Origin: an uncultured Chloroflexia bacterium
GTDB taxonomy: Bacteria > Chloroflexota > Limnocylindria > Limnocylindrales > CSP1-4
DNA length: 64,000 bases
Assembly (NCBI GenBank): GCA_963720755.1
Contig: CAVRGP010000008.1
Span: 1 to 64,000, forward strand
Direction of reading: 5' to 3'
Part shown: in pieces, positions 10,421-19,992 of the stretch
How the letters are laid out: the number at the start of each line of letters is the position of its first letter
Numbering within the stretch: the first letter of the stretch is position 1
Notes under the pieces: generated by a model
Database searches by the model: none
What the model saw: only the letters and a program-made list of their open reading frames with translations
What the model was told of the DNA's origin: nothing
Made by a program: the position numbers and the translations under genes

Positions 10421-11401
10421 ATGGCCACGGGGCGGATCGCGATCGGTGTCGACGTCGGGGGCAGCGGGATCAAGGCGGCCGTGGTGGACGTCGAGGCCGG
10501 GCGACTCCGATCCGAGCGCCTTCGCGTCGCCACGCCCAGCCCATCGACCCCGGAGGCCATCCTCGCATCGATCGTCCGGCTGACCAAGCGACTGGCCACA
10601 TCGGCGGGGCTGGGCGACTCGACCCCGATCGGCATCGGCCTGCCGGGCGTGACGATCGACGGTGTCGTGAAGTCGGCCGCCAACATCGACCCGTCCTGGG
10701 CCGATTTCGCCGTCATCGAGCGGATGTCCCGGTTGCTGTCCCGGCCCGTCTCGATCATCAACGACGCGGATGCGGCGGGGATCGCCGAGATGCGCTTCGG
10801 TGTCGGTCGGGATCAGCCTGGCGTCGTCATCTTCCTGACCCTCGGGACCGGGGTCGGATCGGGCGTCTTCGTCGACGGCAAGCTCGTGCCGAACACCGAA
10901 TTCGGACAGATGGAGATCCGCGGACGACCGGCGGAGCGTCGATCGGCGGCGGCGGCACGGATCAAGCGCGGGCTGTCCTGGAAGGCGTGGGCGAGCGATC
11001 TCGACGAGCACCTTGACCGGATCCAGCAACTCACCTGGCCGAATCTCATCATCCTCGGCGGTGGTGTCAGCAAGAGCGCCGACAAGTACGTGCCGCGGCT
11101 CACGGTGCGCTGCCCGGTGGTGCCGGCGGAGCTGCGCAACGATGCGGGCATCATCGGCGCCGCGATCGTCGCCGCGGAAGCTCCGTTGCCGGCTCCGGCC
11201 ACGGCTGAAGCCGAGATGGATGCGGTTCTCGCCGAAGTCGAAGCCGTCGAGGCCGAGCTCGAAGCCATCGAGGCCAAGGTCGGAGCGATCGGGGCAAAGT
11301 TCGAGGCGGCCCACGACGAGGCCACACGGATGGACGACGTCGCGACCGAAGTCGCCGGCCCTATCCAGATCGACGACGACCATCCGGCCGACGCGGGCTA
11401 G
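10421..11401 (+). CDS. ppgK: ROK-family polyphosphate glucokinase with acidic C-terminal extension
   Basis: [36 protein letters not shown] motifs. Confidence 0.8.
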   Translation: MATGRIAIGVDVGGSGIKAAVVDVEAGRLRSERLRVATPSPSTPEAILASIVRLTKRLATSAGLGDSTPIGIGLPGVTIDGVVKSAANIDPSWADFAVIERMSRLLSRPVSIINDADAAGIAEMRFGVGRDQPGVVIFLTLGTGVGSGVFVDGKLVPNTEFGQMEIRGRPAERRSAAAARIKRGLSWKAWASDLDEHLDRIQQLTWPNLIILGGGVSKSADKYVPRLTVRCPVVPAELRNDAGIIGAAIVAAEAPLPAPATAEAEMDAVLAEVEAVEAELEAIEAKVGAIGAKFEAAHDEATRMDDVATEVAGPIQIDDDHPADAG

Positions 11402-12399
11402 ACCCGGCCGCGCAGCTCCCGAAGGATGTCCGCCGACCCGGACACGATGATGTTCTCGCCGGACCGCAGGTTGCGGTCCGCCGCGGGGTTGGGCTCGTAG
11501 TCGCGGTCGCCCCGGACCACCGCCAGCGCGAAGATCCCACGGTCGCGAAGCGCGCCCACGGTCTGCCCATCGAGGGGGCCACCGGGCCGAACGACCACCG
11601 CCTCGATGGCGAACGCGGGCTCGCCGTGGGACAGAGCGAAGTCGATGAAGTCGGCGACGCCTGGACGGACGGCCAGCTCGGCGATCTGCCGGCCGGCCCG
11701 CGTGTACGGTGAGACGACTCGCTGCGCTCCGGCGTGGGCAAGCTTCCCTTCCGAACCTTCCTGGTTCGCCCGCGCGACGACGAACAGGTCAGGGTTGAGC
11801 GACCGTGCGGACAGCGTGACGTAGACGTTGTTGGCATCGGAGTCGATCGTCGTGATCAGGCCGCGCGCCCGCTCGACGCCGGCCTCGAGCAGAACCGCGT
11901 CGATGGTCGCGTCGCCACCGACGACGAGGTGACCGTCGGCCCGGGCCGCGTCGAGCGAGGTCGGGTTGATGTCGACGACGACGAACCGCTCGCCGACATG
12001 TTCGAGTTCGCGGGCGACGGTGGACCCGACCCGGCCGTAGCCGCACAGGATCAGATGGCCCGTCAGGCCGTCGATGGTGTTCGACATCCGTTTTGCCTCC
12101 CGCCGTCCGCTGACCGCATCGGACAGGAACGCCTCCGCGACGATCCCGACCGACCCGAAGATGATCCCGACACCGGCGATCCCAAGGATGACGGTCCACG
12201 CCCGTCCGAGTCCGTCCAGTTCGCGGACTTCGCGGTAGCCCGTCGTCGTCAAGGTGATCCCGGTCATGTAGGCGGCGTCGCTGAGGTTCCAGCCCATCGC
12301 CATGTAGCCGGCCGTGCCGACGGCGGCGATGACGAGGACCGCCACGACCCAGAGCCGGACGTGGGTTCCGCGGAACGCATGGAGGAACGACGTCGTCAC
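11398..12399 (-). CDS. Potassium channel (2TM + RCK/TrkA domains)
   Basis: TLTTTGY pore, CGYGRVG Rossmann motif, TrkA-C. Confidence 0.85.
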   Translation of the reverse strand: MTTSFLHAFRGTHVRLWVVAVLVIAAVGTAGYMAMGWNLSDAAYMTGITLTTTGYREVRELDGLGRAWTVILGIAGVGIIFGSVGIVAEAFLSDAVSGRREAKRMSNTIDGLTGHLILCGYGRVGSTVARELEHVGERFVVVDINPTSLDAARADGHLVVGGDATIDAVLLEAGVERARGLITTIDSDANNVYVTLSARSLNPDLFVVARANQEGSEGKLAHAGAQRVVSPYTRAGRQIAELAVRPGVADFIDFALSHGEPAFAIEAVVVRPGGPLDGQTVGALRDRGIFALAVVRGDRDYEPNPAADRNLRSGENIIVSGSADILRELRGRV

Positions 12400-12478
12400 G
12401 ACCCGATGCTAGCGCGCCCGGCGGGCACCCATCGCACGTATCATCGGTCTGGACATCCCCCTCGAGAGGCGCGATCCG

Positions 12479-13951
12479 ATGACGACCGAAGCGACGACCG
12501 ACGTGCTGACCACCAAGATGATCATCGGCGGCGAGCTGGTGGACGCGGCCGATGGCCAGACGTTCGACGTGGTCGACCCGGCGACCGGCAAGGTCATGGC
12601 GACGGCCCCGCTCGGCGGCCCGGCCGAGGTCGACCAGGCCGTCCGCGCCGCACGCAGCGCATTCGACGATCGCAAGGGCTGGGCGAACTGGGCCGCCGGC
12701 AAACGTGGCCGGACGCTGGCCAAGTTCGCGGCACTCATCAAGAGCCATACGGAGGAGCTCAGCCAGCTGGAGAGCCGCAACATCGGCAAGCCCATCTCCA
12801 GCGCCCGCGGCGAGATCACGGGCGTCAGCCTCGTCTTCGACTACTACGCCGGCGCCGCCAACAAGGTGTTCGGGCAGACGATCCCCGTGTCGAAGCCCGG
12901 GCTGGACCTGACCTTGCGAGAACCGATCGGTGTGGTCGGGCTCATCGTGCCCTGGAACTTCCCGCTGCTGATGGCGTCGTGGAAAGTCGCGCCGGCCCTG
13001 GCCGCTGGCAATACCGCGATCCTCAAGCCCGCCAGCTACTCGCCGCTGACCGCGCTACGGCTCGGTGAGCTCGCTCTCGAGGCTGGCATCCCGGCCGGTG
13101 TGCTCAATGTGGTGACCGGGCCAGGGGGCTCGGCCGGTGCTGCGATCGCCGCGCACCCCGGGATTGGCAAGGTCGCCTTCACCGGTGAGACGACGACGGG
13201 CCAGGAGATCATGCGCCTGGCCGCCGGCAACGTGAAGAAGATCTCGCTCGAACTCGGCGGCAAGAGCCCCAACATCGTGTTCGCCGACGCGGACCTCGAG
13301 AAGTTCGCCCGAGAGTCGCCGTACTCGGTCTTCGACAACGCCGGTCAGGACTGCTGTGCGCGGAGCCGGATCCTGGTCGAGCGGTCCGCGCAGGAGCAGG
13401 TCGTCGAGCTGTTCGCCGCCGCGACCCGGAACCTCACGGTCGGCCTGCCGTCCGAGGATGCCACGGAGGTCGGGACGTTGGTCAGCTTCAAGCAGCGCGA
13501 TCGGGTCCGCGACTACATCGAGATCGGACTCAAGGAGGGTGCGACGCTGGTGGTCGGGGGGGACGCGCCGACCGACGCCGCGCTCTCCGATGGCGCCTAT
13601 CTGATGCCGACGGTCTTCGATGGCGTGTCGAACGACATGACGATCGCTCGCGAGGAGATCTTCGGACCGGTGGTGTCGATCATCCCGTTCGACACCGAGG
13701 AGGAGGCGCTCCGCCTGGCGAACGCCACCCCGTATGGCCTGTCGGGTTCGATCTGGAGCCGCGACATCGGCAAGGCCCTGCGGGCAGCCAAGGCCCTCCA
13801 GGCTGGTGTGATCAGCGTCAACTCGAACAGCTCGGTCCACACCGAGGCGCCATTCGGTGGCTACAAGATGTCGGGCATCGGGCGCGAACTCGGGATGTCG
13901 GCACTGGAGTTGTACACGGAGACGAAGAACGTCTTCATCGACCTGACCTGA
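12479..13951 (+). CDS. Aldehyde dehydrogenase (AldC/PuuC-like)
   Basis: PWNFP, LELGGKSP, catalytic Cys in GQDCCA, EEIFGP. Confidence 0.92.
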   Translation: MTTEATTDVLTTKMIIGGELVDAADGQTFDVVDPATGKVMATAPLGGPAEVDQAVRAARSAFDDRKGWANWAAGKRGRTLAKFAALIKSHTEELSQLESRNIGKPISSARGEITGVSLVFDYYAGAANKVFGQTIPVSKPGLDLTLREPIGVVGLIVPWNFPLLMASWKVAPALAAGNTAILKPASYSPLTALRLGELALEAGIPAGVLNVVTGPGGSAGAAIAAHPGIGKVAFTGETTTGQEIMRLAAGNVKKISLELGGKSPNIVFADADLEKFARESPYSVFDNAGQDCCARSRILVERSAQEQVVELFAAATRNLTVGLPSEDATEVGTLVSFKQRDRVRDYIEIGLKEGATLVVGGDAPTDAALSDGAYLMPTVFDGVSNDMTIAREEIFGPVVSIIPFDTEEEALRLANATPYGLSGSIWSRDIGKALRAAKALQAGVISVNSNSSVHTEAPFGGYKMSGIGRELGMSALELYTETKNVFIDLT

Positions 13952-14555
13952 CGTCGGGGGGCTCGAGGTCCGGACGTCGCTTCGCCAACCAGTCGCGGAG
14001 CGCCCAGATCGTCGTCGAGAAGGCGATCCCCGGCCACGGGATGTCCTCCGGCGCGTAGGCCCTGACCTCGGTCGCCTCGACGGTCGGACCGGGCGTCCCG
14101 CCGACGATGGTGGCCTCGAAGGCGATCGTGACCACACTCGCCTCGAGACGGGTGTAGAGGCCGATGATCTCTCCCGGAGCGACCAGCAGACCGGTCTCCT
14201 CCATCGTCTCGCGGATGGCGGCCTGGTGCACCGTCTCGTCGATCTCGAGGAATCCGCCTGGCTGCGCCCACGAACCGCGGCCCGGTTCGATGCCCCGTCG
14301 GATGAGCACCAGCTCGCCAGCCTCCGTGACCGGGAAGGTCGTGACGACGAGCCGCGGGTTGACGTAGGTGATGTGCCCGCAGGACAGGCACGCGAGGCGA
14401 TCGCGGTCCTCCCCTTCGACGGCGCCGAAGCGCATCCGGGAACCGCACCTGGAGCAGTAGTTGAGCGAGGCGGCGAGCCATGGTGGCGCGCCCTGGCCGG
14501 ATGGGAGGTCGGAGGAACGACCATCCGGCCCTCGCGCGAACCGGTCGTCGCTCAC
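13935..14555 (-). CDS. NUDIX hydrolase with N-terminal zinc ribbon
   Basis: CSRCG...CLSCG ribbon; Nudix box GGFLEIDETVHQAAIRETMEETG. Confidence 0.9.
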   Translation of the reverse strand: MSDDRFARGPDGRSSDLPSGQGAPPWLAASLNYCSRCGSRMRFGAVEGEDRDRLACLSCGHITYVNPRLVVTTFPVTEAGELVLIRRGIEPGRGSWAQPGGFLEIDETVHQAAIRETMEETGLLVAPGEIIGLYTRLEASVVTIAFEATIVGGTPGPTVEATEVRAYAPEDIPWPGIAFSTTIWALRDWLAKRRPDLEPPDVRSGR

Positions 14556-14571
14556 CGGCCGTACCGCCGGG

Positions 14572-15021
14572 TCACGCCAGGACCACCAGGACGGAGGCGC
14601 CGATGAGCGCCGCGAGCCCGACCAGGCTGACGAGGACCCAGGCCAGTCGGAACAGGCCCTTGCCCCGGTCGACCGGCATCCAGGCCCAGGCCGACCGCCA
14701 GATCCGGAGGACGGCGTCGGCGGTCGTGAGCACCAGTAACGGCGCAGCGATGATCACGCACATCTTGACCAGAGGACTGCCAAGCGCGGCCCCGAGTTCC
14801 AGCGCGGAGATCGCGATCGCGCCGCAGATGAGGACGATGACGCTGAGGTTGATGTAGTGGCGCTGGAGCGGGGTGGGGGCGACCTCCGGCACCGACCTCG
14901 GCGGCAGCCCTTGCAGGCTCGGTGGCACGCCTGCTGGCGCGGGTCGCGCTCCGGCCGGCCCGACCGCCTGGCGGTCGAGGATGGGCATCCCTGGCTCCCA
15001 GCGCTCGTCGTCCATCGCCAC
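14572..15021 (-). CDS. Hypothetical membrane protein
   Basis: Three hydrophobic helices after a Pro-rich N-terminus. Confidence 0.65.
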   Translation of the reverse strand: MAMDDERWEPGMPILDRQAVGPAGARPAPAGVPPSLQGLPPRSVPEVAPTPLQRHYINLSVIVLICGAIAISALELGAALGSPLVKMCVIIAAPLLVLTTADAVLRIWRSAWAWMPVDRGKGLFRLAWVLVSLVGLAALIGASVLVVLA

Positions 15022-15054
15022 CCGAGTGTAGCCCCAGGATGGCGCGACCAGCGA

Positions 15055-15540
15055 TCAGACCGTCCGGATCCCCTCGGCCTCGCGCCCGTGGACGCCGATA
15101 TCGCACGTCGGGCAATACCAGCGAGCCTCGAGCGGCGTGCCGCATCGGGCATGGCGCATCGGCGACGGCGACAGGCCATCCGCATCGGGCAAGCGCCGTG
15201 CCCCCCAGTCGGACAGCATCCGAAGCGCAGACGCCAGGTCGCGTCCGTCGGTCGTGAGCGCATACGACATCCGCGGCGGGCGTTGCTGGTATGGGGTGGA
15301 GACGACGATCCGCTCTCGCTCCAGGCGACGCAGGCGGTCGGACAGGATGTTCGGGGCGATGCCGGGGATCGACTCACCGAGCCCCTTGAACCGAAGTGGA
15401 CCATCCAGGAGGGCTTCGACGACGAGAAGGCTCCATCGATCCCCCACCCGCTCGAGCGCGGCGGCAAGTGGGGATGTCTCACGGGCGGACGCGGGATCGA
15501 CCATGCGGTCGATGGTAGGTGTCGGCTCGGGGCTTGTCAC
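15055..15540 (-). CDS. HxlR-family winged-helix regulator with C-terminal H/C zinc-binding motif
   Basis: GDRWSLL, LSDRLRRLE, YALT; HARCG...CPTC. Confidence 0.85.
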   Translation of the reverse strand: MTSPEPTPTIDRMVDPASARETSPLAAALERVGDRWSLLVVEALLDGPLRFKGLGESIPGIAPNILSDRLRRLERERIVVSTPYQQRPPRMSYALTTDGRDLASALRMLSDWGARRLPDADGLSPSPMRHARCGTPLEARWYCPTCDIGVHGREAEGIRTV

Positions 15541-15606
15541 GATGACCAGTCAGTAGTAGATTGCAAGTCACAAGTCTATTCGTGTCATCCGTGAGGTTCA
15601 AGCTTG

Positions 15607-16506
15607 ATGAGCGCCATCGAAGAACTCCAGACCGCAGTCGCCTCGATCGCCGAGACGACCGGCCCCGCCATCGTCGGCATCGGCCGCGGCACCCGCGGCT
15701 CCGGGATCGTCATCGCCGCGGGAAAGGTCCTGACCAACGCCCACAATCTCCGCGGCGACGAGGTGACCGTCGCTTTCGCGGATGGTCGGCGGATCCGAGG
15801 GAGCGTGGCCGGCTGGGACGGCGACGGAGATCTCGCGGTCATCGATGTCGACACCGCGGACATCGCTCCCGTCACCTGGGCCGCCGACCCGGACCTGAGC
15901 GTTGGGACCGCCGTGTTCGGCGCGAGTGCCAGTCATGGCGGAGGCACCCGGGTCACGTTCGGGCTGGTGTCCGCGGTCGCCCGGGCGTTCCGCGGTCCGG
16001 GCGGGCGGCGCATCGACGGCAGCGTCGAGCACACCGCCCCGCTTGCCTCGGGTTCGTCGGGCGGTGCCCTGGTCAACGCGGCCGGGGAGCTGGTCGGCGT
16101 CAACACGAATCGGATCGGCGAGGGCTTCTACCTTGCCTTGCCGGCTGATGCCGCCCTGCACAGCCGGGTCGACGCCCTGGCTCGCGGCGAGTCCCCGGTG
16201 CGGCCGCGCCTCGGTGTGGCCGTCGCGCCGGCGCACGTGGCCCGTCGGCTGCGCCGTTCGGTCGGGCTGCCTGAGCTCGATGGTGTCCTGGTGCGCGGGG
16301 TCGAGGACGACAGCCTGGCGGCAACCGCCGGGATCGAAGCTGGCGACTTGATCGTCGAGGCCGCCGGGCGGGCCATCGTGGACGCTGACGACCTGCATGC
16401 CGCGCTCGGCACCGCCGAGTTCCCGTTCGAGATCAAGCTCGTGCGAGGCACCGATGAGCGAACGGTCGAGGTCGGCGCGCCGACTCGAACGCCGGGCGAT
16501 GCATAG
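15607..16506 (+). CDS. S1C trypsin-like serine protease with PDZ domain, no signal peptide
   Basis: LTNAH, DLAVI, GSSGG triad; C-terminal PDZ (AGIEAGDLI). Confidence 0.88.
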   Translation: MSAIEELQTAVASIAETTGPAIVGIGRGTRGSGIVIAAGKVLTNAHNLRGDEVTVAFADGRRIRGSVAGWDGDGDLAVIDVDTADIAPVTWAADPDLSVGTAVFGASASHGGGTRVTFGLVSAVARAFRGPGGRRIDGSVEHTAPLASGSSGGALVNAAGELVGVNTNRIGEGFYLALPADAALHSRVDALARGESPVRPRLGVAVAPAHVARRLRRSVGLPELDGVLVRGVEDDSLAATAGIEAGDLIVEAAGRAIVDADDLHAALGTAEFPFEIKLVRGTDERTVEVGAPTRTPGDA

Positions 16507-16548
16507 AGCACGGAGCCTGATACCGACCGGGCTGCCCCCGAGGACGCG

Positions 16549-17040
16549 CTAGACCCCGGCATCCACCGGTGGGTCGGGAGGACCCTCGCCGAGGAGGGCC
16601 GTGATGAGTTCGGGCAGGCGTCGCGGGGCGAACGGCTCCGTCGCGGTCGCCAGTTCATCCCGGGTCCACCACCGGATCCCGGTCACGTACTCGAGACGGA
16701 GCTCCTCCTCGGAGAATCGCGGCAGCGGCTCGAATGCCGCCGTCCTGACCAGGTAGAAGCGCTCGGTCTGCCCGTCCCAGCGACCGCCGGCCATCGGGAA
16801 CACGTGTTCGCGAACCCAGATACACGGGCCGATGTCCACGCCGGTCAGCCCCGTCTCCTCGGCGAGTTCCCGCTCGATCGCGGCCGCGTCGGTCTCGTCG
16901 GGCTCGATCCCGCCGCCCGGGCAGGCCCACACGATCCGGTCGGGCTCGTCGTCAGGGAAACTGAACCGGACGAGCAGGACCCGGTCGGCCTCGTCGAGGA
17001 TGGCGGCGCGGACGGCGCGTCGTAGACGGAGTGGCGGCAT
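16549..17040 (-). CDS. NUDIX hydrolase
   Basis: PGGGIEPDETDAAAIERELAEETG Nudix box. Confidence 0.88.
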   Translation of the reverse strand: MPPLRLRRAVRAAILDEADRVLLVRFSFPDDEPDRIVWACPGGGIEPDETDAAAIERELAEETGLTGVDIGPCIWVREHVFPMAGGRWDGQTERFYLVRTAAFEPLPRFSEEELRLEYVTGIRWWTRDELATATEPFAPRRLPELITALLGEGPPDPPVDAGV

Positions 17041-17067
17041 CGCGGAGATGGTAGCGTCTGGACCGGG

Positions 17068-17280
17068 ATGGAACGCCTGATCGCCTGGTACCGGATCGGA
17101 TCGTCGGTCGGCGCGGTCGTCGCTCTGGTGGTCGCGATCGCCTTCACCGGCGCGCCCACGGCCGCCGTGCTCGTGCTGGTCGTGCTCAAGACCGCGCTCG
17201 ATGTCGGCTTCCACCTGGCCGAACATCGGGCAGGCCCGAACGTGTCGCTGATCACGGCCAGCGAAGGCGCGTCCAGATGA
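17068..17280 (+). CDS. Small membrane protein, possibly a C-terminal remnant of a DUF6498-like gene
   Basis: Two TM helices ending LKTALDVGFHLAEH; stop overlaps the next ATG. Confidence 0.4.
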   Translation: MERLIAWYRIGSSVGAVVALVVAIAFTGAPTAAVLVLVVLKTALDVGFHLAEHRAGPNVSLITASEGASR

Positions 17281-18218
17281 CCGAGCCCGATCGACCGCGC
17301 GTGCGGCGGATCGTGCATGACCCTCGCTTCGATCGGCTCGTGCCGCCCGACGCCCGGCTGGATCGTCTCGCCGACGGCGCTCGCTGGGCGGAGGGACCGG
17401 CCTACCTGCCCGATGAGCAGGCCGTCATCTGGAGTGACGTCCGCGGCAACGTGGTCCGGCGCTGGTCAGCGTCCGATGGCGCTCGCGACCTGCACCGGCC
17501 ATCTGATTTCGCGAATGGGCACACGCTGGACCATGACGGCCGCGTCCTCGCCTGTGAGCACGGGCGCCGGCGCGTGTCGCGATACGAGCGGGACGGGAGC
17601 CGGACGACGGTCGTCGACCGGTTCGAAGGTCGACGCCTCAATTCGCCAAACGATGTTGTCGTCGCGTCAGACGGCGCGATCTGGTTCACCGATCCGCCGT
17701 ATGGCATCCTCGACGACACCGAGGGCCACGCTGCCGCGTCGGAACTCGGCGGCTGCTTCGTGTTCCGATTCGATCGGGCGACCGGGGAACTGGTCATCGC
17801 GACGGACTTCCTGGTCCACCCCAACGGCCTGGCGTTCTCGCCCGATGAACGGACGCTGTACGTCTCGGATACGTCGGTCGCCCGGATCGAGCATGGCAAT
17901 CACCATATCGTCGCCTTCGATGTCGTCGGCGGCCGCCGTCTGACCACGCCGCGCATCTTCGCGGTGATCGATCCCGGCGTGTCCGATGGCCTCCGGGTCG
18001 ACGTCGACGGGAACGTCTGGACGTCGGCCGGCGACGGGATCCACGTCCTCGATCCGGGCGGCGCGGAGTTGGGCCGGTTGCTGCTCCCCCAGGAGGTCAG
18101 CAACTGCACGTTCGGTGGGCCGGACGGACGCCGGCTGTTCATCACGGCCACGTCGACGCTCTGGTCCATCGATGTCGGGATCCGAGGGGCCTCCACACCG
18201 TGGGTGGACGCACCATGA
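17277..18218 (+). CDS. SMP-30/gluconolactonase family
   Basis: WAEGP, LNSPND, WFTDPPYG, PNGLAFSPDE, DGLRVD motifs. Confidence 0.92.
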   Translation: MTEPDRPRVRRIVHDPRFDRLVPPDARLDRLADGARWAEGPAYLPDEQAVIWSDVRGNVVRRWSASDGARDLHRPSDFANGHTLDHDGRVLACEHGRRRVSRYERDGSRTTVVDRFEGRRLNSPNDVVVASDGAIWFTDPPYGILDDTEGHAAASELGGCFVFRFDRATGELVIATDFLVHPNGLAFSPDERTLYVSDTSVARIEHGNHHIVAFDVVGGRRLTTPRIFAVIDPGVSDGLRVDVDGNVWTSAGDGIHVLDPGGAELGRLLLPQEVSNCTFGGPDGRRLFITATSTLWSIDVGIRGASTPWVDAP

Positions 18219-18223
18219 CCGCG

Positions 18224-18724
18224 TCAGCCGGGCGACGAGCCTGCATCGTCGAGCACGGCCTGGGTCTGTCGCGCCCGCCAGGCGGCAAGGCGACCCGCGA
18301 GCCCATCATCGGACAGCGCCAGGATCGCGGCCGCCAGTAGGCCTGCGTTCATGGCGTTGCCGATCGCGACCGTGGCGACCGGGACCCCGCGCGGCATCTG
18401 GACGATGGACAGGAGCGAATCCAGGCCCCCGAGGTGCTCGGTCGGGATCGGCACGCCGATGACCGGCAGGGCGGTCTTTGCGGCGAGCATCCCGGGCAGA
18501 TGGGCGGCCCCGCCGGCTCCGGCGATGATCACCCGGATGCCTCGGGCGGCCGCTTCCTCCGCGTAGCCGAACAGGCGATCCGGGGTCCGGTGCGCGGACA
18601 CGACGCTGAGTTCCGCCGGCACCCCGAGTTCGGTGAGGATCGTCACGGCTTTCTCGAGGATCGGGAAGTCGGAGCGACTCCCGCCGACGATGCCGACGAT
18701 CGGGGCCGGGGTCGTGTCGCTCAT
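18224..18724 (-). CDS. purE: N5-CAIR mutase
   Basis: [31 protein letters not shown]. Confidence 0.95.
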   Translation of the reverse strand: MSDTTPAPIVGIVGGSRSDFPILEKAVTILTELGVPAELSVVSAHRTPDRLFGYAEEAAARGIRVIIAGAGGAAHLPGMLAAKTALPVIGVPIPTEHLGGLDSLLSIVQMPRGVPVATVAIGNAMNAGLLAAAILALSDDGLAGRLAAWRARQTQAVLDDAGSSPG

Positions 18725-19908
18725 CGATCCTCCTTCGCCGTCGGGTCGTCGGCCCACCACAGCGCATCGAGCGCTGCCTGTGCCCTGGCAAGGGCCGTAT
18801 CCGGATCGGCGCCGAGCGCGGTGACATGGCCCATCTTGCGGCGTTCGAACACGTCACGCTTATCGTAGAGGTGAAGGTGCACCGCCGGATCGGCCAGGGC
18901 GGCAGTGACCCCGCGCAATCGCGCCTCGCGTCGCGTACCCGTTCCCAGCAGGTTGACCATCGCGACCGGGCCGGACGCGGCCGGCGACCCGAGGCCGAGC
19001 CCGCAGATCGCCCGGATGTGCTGTTCGAACTGCGATGTCTCGGCCCCCTCGATCGTCCAGTGCCCCGAGTTGTGGACGCGTGGCGCGAGCTCGTTCACGA
19101 CCAGCGATCCATCCGGCAGGTGGAACAACTCCGCCGTCAGCGTGCCACGCAGGTCCATCGCGAGCGCGAGTGTCGTGCCGATCGCAGCCGCTCCCTCGGC
19201 GACATCCGCCGGCACGGGCGCCGGTGCGATCGATTCGACGAGGATGCCGCCATCGTGGCGGTTCCGGGCGATCGGGAACGTCGCGATCGAACCATCCAGC
19301 CCGCGGGCCACGACGACCGACAGCTCCGCCACGAACGCAAGTTCCCGTTCGGCGAGGAGCGGGGCACCGGCCGGGCGGCCGAGCCGATCCCACGCATCGT
19401 CAAGCTCGGAAGCATCCGCGATCCGGAGCTGGCCGCGCCCGTCATACCCGCCGATCGGCAGCTTCAGCCGAACGGGCAGGCCCAGTTCGGTCACCGCTGC
19501 TCGGGCCTCGGCCACCGTCCGGACCTCACGCCAGGGCGCGACCGCCGCCCCGGCACCCTCCACGAACCGACGCTCGGCCAGGCGATCCTGGGTGACGATC
19601 AGCGGTCCGTGTCCAGGCCGAACAGGGACGACCGCTTCGATCGTGGCCACGACGTCGGCCGCGATGTGCTCCAGTTCGTAGGTGACCACGTCGCTGAGGC
19701 TCGCCAATCGCTCGGCGGCGGCGACATCGTCGTAGGCGCCGATGACGACGCGATCGGCGACCGCCGCCGCCGGACACGACGGATCCGGATCGAGGATCGC
19801 GATCCGATAGCCCATCGCTCGAGCGGCGCCCGCCAGCATCCGTCCCAGCTGGCCGCCACCGAGGATGCCGATGACGGCGGGCGGCGATACGGGCGAAGGA
19901 GCGTCCAC
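18721..19908 (-). CDS. purK: N5-CAIR synthase
   Basis: [33 protein letters not shown]. Confidence 0.95.
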   Translation of the reverse strand: MDAPSPVSPPAVIGILGGGQLGRMLAGAARAMGYRIAILDPDPSCPAAAVADRVVIGAYDDVAAAERLASLSDVVTYELEHIAADVVATIEAVVPVRPGHGPLIVTQDRLAERRFVEGAGAAVAPWREVRTVAEARAAVTELGLPVRLKLPIGGYDGRGQLRIADASELDDAWDRLGRPAGAPLLAERELAFVAELSVVVARGLDGSIATFPIARNRHDGGILVESIAPAPVPADVAEGAAAIGTTLALAMDLRGTLTAELFHLPDGSLVVNELAPRVHNSGHWTIEGAETSQFEQHIRAICGLGLGSPAASGPVAMVNLLGTGTRREARLRGVTAALADPAVHLHLYDKRDVFERRKMGHVTALGADPDTALARAQAALDALWWADDPTAKEDR

Positions 19909-19992
19909 GACGGGAGTGTAGAGGGCCGGGCCGTGGCGAGGCCGTTCCGCGGGGACGCGAGGTCGGCGCCGGAGTCCGATACGCTATCGGCG

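Noticed and set aside
8818-10761. 647-aa ankyrin ORF
   Set aside because: The N-terminal part is antisense to the SDR and ROK genes; the real protein probably starts at 9483.
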